Source: Thraustochytrium aureum
Taxonomy: Eukaryota
Assembly: GCA_012862495.1 (NCBI GenBank)
Contig: BLSG01000162.1
Span: 1-35,524, forward strand
Reading direction: 5' to 3'
Length of the DNA stretch: 35,524 nucleotides
In this document: in pieces, positions 31,775 through 35,524 of the stretch
Layout of the letters: each line of letters opens with the position of its first letter
How positions within the stretch are numbered: the first letter of the stretch is position 1
Notes under the pieces: generated by a model
Databases searched by the model: none
Seen by the model: only the letters and a program-made list of their open reading frames with translations
Told to the model about the DNA's origin: nothing
Program-made: the position numbers and the translations under genes

Positions 31775-34315
31775 CTCGACCTCGTTTTGCTCAAGCTCAG
31801 CAGCGCGAGCGTCGCTCTTGCTGGTCTCGGCTGCAAGCGCTGCGTTGACCTCGTCTGCGACCTCGCCGTTGAAGTTGATGGATCGCTCATCCAGGACAAG
31901 TTCGCGCTTGACGACAGCCGCCAACCGCCCCTCGAGCTCCTTGCCGCGACGCTCGATCGCAGCTTCGCCGACTGCTAGATCAGCAGCTTGCTTGTTGAGC
32001 TCTGCGGCTTGCTGGGTGAGCTCAGTCTCGTCCATCTCAGGCTGTTGAGCAACACCCAAGACACGCTCACCGCCAACGAGGTCATCGGGGCTGCTCGCCA
32101 CAGAAGTGAACACGACGTGCTGGGCGATATTGTCTATCTGGCAAGACATGGCTGCGCGCGACGCACTACTGAGTGCAGCATCGCTTCTCTGCCTCTCGTC
32201 CAGTGCCGTGACGAAGGCTTTGACCTCGTTGAACTCACTCCGAAAGTGGAGAATGACGGCCTCCAACCTCTCGAACGAGACGAAGCCGCCGACCTCCTTT
32301 TGGTCCACTTGCACTGGGCGATCCTCGTTAGGCTCGGCTTTGACATGAATCTGCCGAGGATGCTCGGCCTTGGCACTGACGGACGCCCCGGCAGAGACCT
32401 CGAGTTGCGCTTTCAGCGCCGCGATTTGGGCAGCATTTTCCCTCTGGATGCGAGCAATCTTGCACTGGCTCGCGCAAGCAATGGCAATGCACTTGCTTTC
32501 CATTTTGCGCGCAGCCTCTTCGGATGACGCGGCTCTTTCCACGGCGTCAGCGAGCTGCGATCGCAGTTTGGCGTTCTCCTTCGCGTGCACTGTGCGAGCT
32601 TCTACGTGCGCATTGATGCAGTCCCTGGCGCCGTCGTACTCGCTGCGGAGGGCTGCAAACTCACATTTGAGGGCGTCGCTGGCTGCTCTGTGCTCCTGTT
32701 CCAGCCGAGAGATTTCCGCCGAGGCCAGTTTTTCCCTGCGCTCGAGTTCGGCCTCGTGCTCGCCGCACTCAATCCTCAGTTGCAGTACGAGTTGCTGGTC
32801 TTTCTCATGGCGAGTGTGGGCGACGGCAATTTCCTCTTCCATTGTCGCCAGCTGCTCGGACTCGGTGTTGCGCAGGTCTTTCACGCTCCCCACCGTGGCA
32901 AGAGTTGCGGTTGCCAATGTCTCGCGCTTGGTCGGTTGCTCACTCTGCACACCACCGCAATCCTGGAGCTCAGCTCCCCGCCTTTTCAGGCACGCACTTG
33001 CCTCGTTCGCGGCTGCCAGCCGCGCTTGAGCATCATGCAAATCGCGTGTTGCTGCAGGAGAGTCCAGGTCGTCGGCGTCGCCGACGACCTGCTGGCACTT
33101 GGCATCCTCCTCCTCGTACCGTGCGAAAGCCATGCCTGGCGTGAGCGGACAGTCCGGGAGCTCTTGGGAAGGAACAGGTGGAGGTGTGCTCACTCGGTTG
33201 ACGTCGTCCATGTCAAAGGTTTGCACGGCGCGTTTGCCCGGTGTCGACGGGCAAGTCAAGGGCGTGGACACGAGCACTGCCGGCGGGGTAGCCACTCGAC
33301 CGGACGAGGACTGGCCTTGAGGCGAACACATGAGCTGGTTCGACGACTGCACGGTGAGTGAATCAGGCGTCGAGCGACCATCCTGACCAGTTGTGGGGGC
33401 GCGTCCGGGGAGTGGGAACTGCGCCCGTGGGGGTGCCCAGCGACTCGAGCAAGGCCTGGTCTTCAAAGAACCCGTGCTGGAGTTCTTCTCGCTGGACTTG
33501 GTCCTCCTGCAGTCGTCTTCTGCACCAAAGCCAAAGGAGATGGATGAGATCTCGCTCGCCTGGGATTTGGACGCAGGGCTCATGGGTTGGGCGGTGCCAA
33601 ATTGAAATGCAGACTTGGCAAATGCTCGGGCATCAAAGTTGCGCTCCTCCAAATCCATGTCGTAGTCCTCGTCAAGAATTCGACGCGTTTCGGGATCGAG
33701 TTCAGCCCCGCCAGGGTTGTCCTCAGCGATAGAGAGCTCGCTCAGAAAGCTTTCGCTCAACTGGATGCACTCGGCTTCGATGAATGCCTCTGCTTCCAGA
33801 GCTTGTTCGCTGTCAAGGTAGATGACATCACCCGCGCATTCGATGAAGTTGTCAGGCATGGCAGGCAAGTCAAACATGCAAACGTCGGGCATAGCCGTGG
33901 CGCACCTGTCTGCGGTGAGGTTGGTGTTTGTCGTGGTCGCCGCATTGCGGTCTGCGGCGGGCTGCAGGACAGATTTGGAGGTGTGCGGTTGCATGGTCCC
34001 AGAGGGGACCAGGCCGTTGGAAACGGCACCATCGTTTTCGTCGTTGGACACGGCTAAAAACGCGGTGGTGGCAGCGCATGTGCTATTCGAGCTGACTGTG
34101 CTTGTGCCACCGACGGTGCGAGCGCTGCGTTTGGGCTTCGTGACCTTGTGCAGTTTCTTGGTGTTGTGCAAGGAGGTCGTTTTCTTGGTGGTGTCGGCGG
34201 CCATGGTGCCGTCGCTTTCCTTGTTTTCGGCGCTCGCGGCGGCGGTCACCAGATTTTTAGTGAGCGCAGCGCGCTCTGGCGCGCGCGCATTTTGAAGGTC
34301 AGTTGCAGACTCCAT
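31775..34315 (-). CDS. Large hypothetical protein with a disordered Ser/Thr/Pro-rich N-half and a coiled-coil C-half; the 3' end runs into gap 31078-31774
   Basis: About 847 codons open from ATG 34315 to the gap. There are E/A/L/Q/R-rich helical segments (LERREKLASAEISRLEQEH, ENAKLRSQLADAVE, ELTQQAAELNKQAADL). No family was recognised. Confidence 0.7.
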
Positions 34316-35370
34316 CTCCTGGTTGAGGATAATGTAGCTAGTTGCTTGTGCTGCCGCTGACGTACTTGTGCTTCTGCTGTAACTGGGGTCAGCTTGACCG
34401 ACTCAGTTTGCTTCGCTCTGCTTTGCTTGGTCTGCTCTGTCCGATTTGCAAATTGTCGCTTTTCGCACCAGCGTGCATATGCTAGCTGGCGATTACCTTT
34501 GCTTGCTGCTGTCTGCCGCTGGAGCTCTGCCTGCTCTTGGCTGCTGCTACTGCTGACGCAAGCTGTCGCTGGCTGCAACCGGCTCCGGCAGCGTGCTGCC
34601 GCTGCCTGCTTCAACGCTTCAAGCCTTCTCTCCTCCTCCTCTGCTCCGCCCCGCTCCCCTCCTTTCGTCGAATGGGGTCTGCTTGCGATCCTATCTGGCA
34701 GCGGTTGGCCTCACGCGAGCCGCAAGACGCACGTCTCCGTCTCATGTCACGTACTACAAGTTGAAAGAAACAAGAGACCCAGTTCTGGTGCACAGATAGT
34801 TCAAGAAGAAATGCTTTTGACAGTTGCGTTCAATCCATCGCCTTCCGTCGCTTTAGCGCAAGTACTCTCTTGTGTTGTAGCACCCCAACCAACCAACTCT
34901 TTTTCGCTTGCAAGGCATTACTCTTTTGGGCCCTTCTTTTCAATTGCACAAACCAACGACATACGGTTGTTCAACTGAAAGAGAAGAATCATTCCCAGCG
35001 GCGCCGTTATAATCGACCTCTCTCGCGTCAGAATTCAGCTGCACGTGCGTTGCCCCAGCAAGGAGCCGGCGCACATTGGACCCCCTACAAGTGAACTACG
35101 TGTCCCCAGCTGGAAGCCGATCCCTGGCCGCCACCACCTTGACTAGCCAATCTCGCTGACTCGCCTCATGCCCGCCAAGTAGCCTGAAGTAGCTTTGACC
35201 GCCTTTTGCCAAACCGGGAGGACGCGCCGTTCTTGCGTACTTTTAAAGCGTCCAACGGGGACCAGAAGTTGCAAAACCGCTAGAGATTTGAATTTGGGGT
35301 GCAGTGTGCGAATTTGTGCTCTGTGTGGCAAAGTGTGTCCCGACCGGCAACCGGACGCTGACGTTGTCAG

Positions 35371-35524
35371 CAGCTACCAGCTCGAGCGACGTTGGAACAC
35401 TGGAACTCTTCGGAATTTGATGGAAGTGCGCGGCACTGCATCGTGGCGACCTTGCATCTTCCGACTACGCTGACTCTTCGTGAAGAGATCGCTCGTGTTT
35501 CCTTCATCAAGCTCAACGAGCTTG
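35371..35524 (+). CDS. Possible coding exon of a gene continuing beyond the window
   Basis: An open frame QLPARATLEHWNSSEFDGSARHCIVATLHLPTTLTLREEIARVSFIKLNEL runs to the window edge. It is preceded by a branch-point/acceptor-like gctgacgttgtcag (35357-35370). It is short and shows no recognisable homology. Confidence 0.25.

Noticed and set aside
34394..34978. 194-aa + strand ORF with hydrophobic stretches
   Set aside because: It has a TTG start, (GCT)n/CT-rich composition and poor codon bias. It lies in the presumed promoter or 5' region of the coiled-coil gene.

Overview
A gene-dense, GC-rich, almost intron-free eukaryotic scaffold with six N-gaps, from an organism with flagella. A stramenopile such as a labyrinthulomycete/thraustochytrid is a plausible source, but that is inference. 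Ten coding loci are supported, and their strands alternate strictly: GT60 alpha-GlcNAc transferase (+), Tctex-1 dynein light chain (-), TMC channel (+), axonemal inner-arm dynein heavy chain (-), Oxa1/Cox18 insertase (+), patatin lipase (-), BAHD-type acyltransferase (+), NSUN/RsmB methyltransferase C-terminus (-), CCA-adding enzyme (+) and a large coiled-coil protein (-). An eleventh gene may begin at the right edge (+). No rRNA, tRNA, CRISPR array or mobile element was recognised. The main leads are: a Tctex1-TMC-dynein heavy chain neighbourhood; the strand alternation; an unassigned beta-rich module inside the GT60 enzyme; an acyltransferase with HXXXD changed to HXXXG, head-to-head with a lipase; a dynein with a DNAH1-like tail and DNAH3/7/12-like motor signatures; and two +1 frame breaks at purine runs, most likely sequencing errors. 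Family calls rest on motifs recalled from memory; no searches were run.
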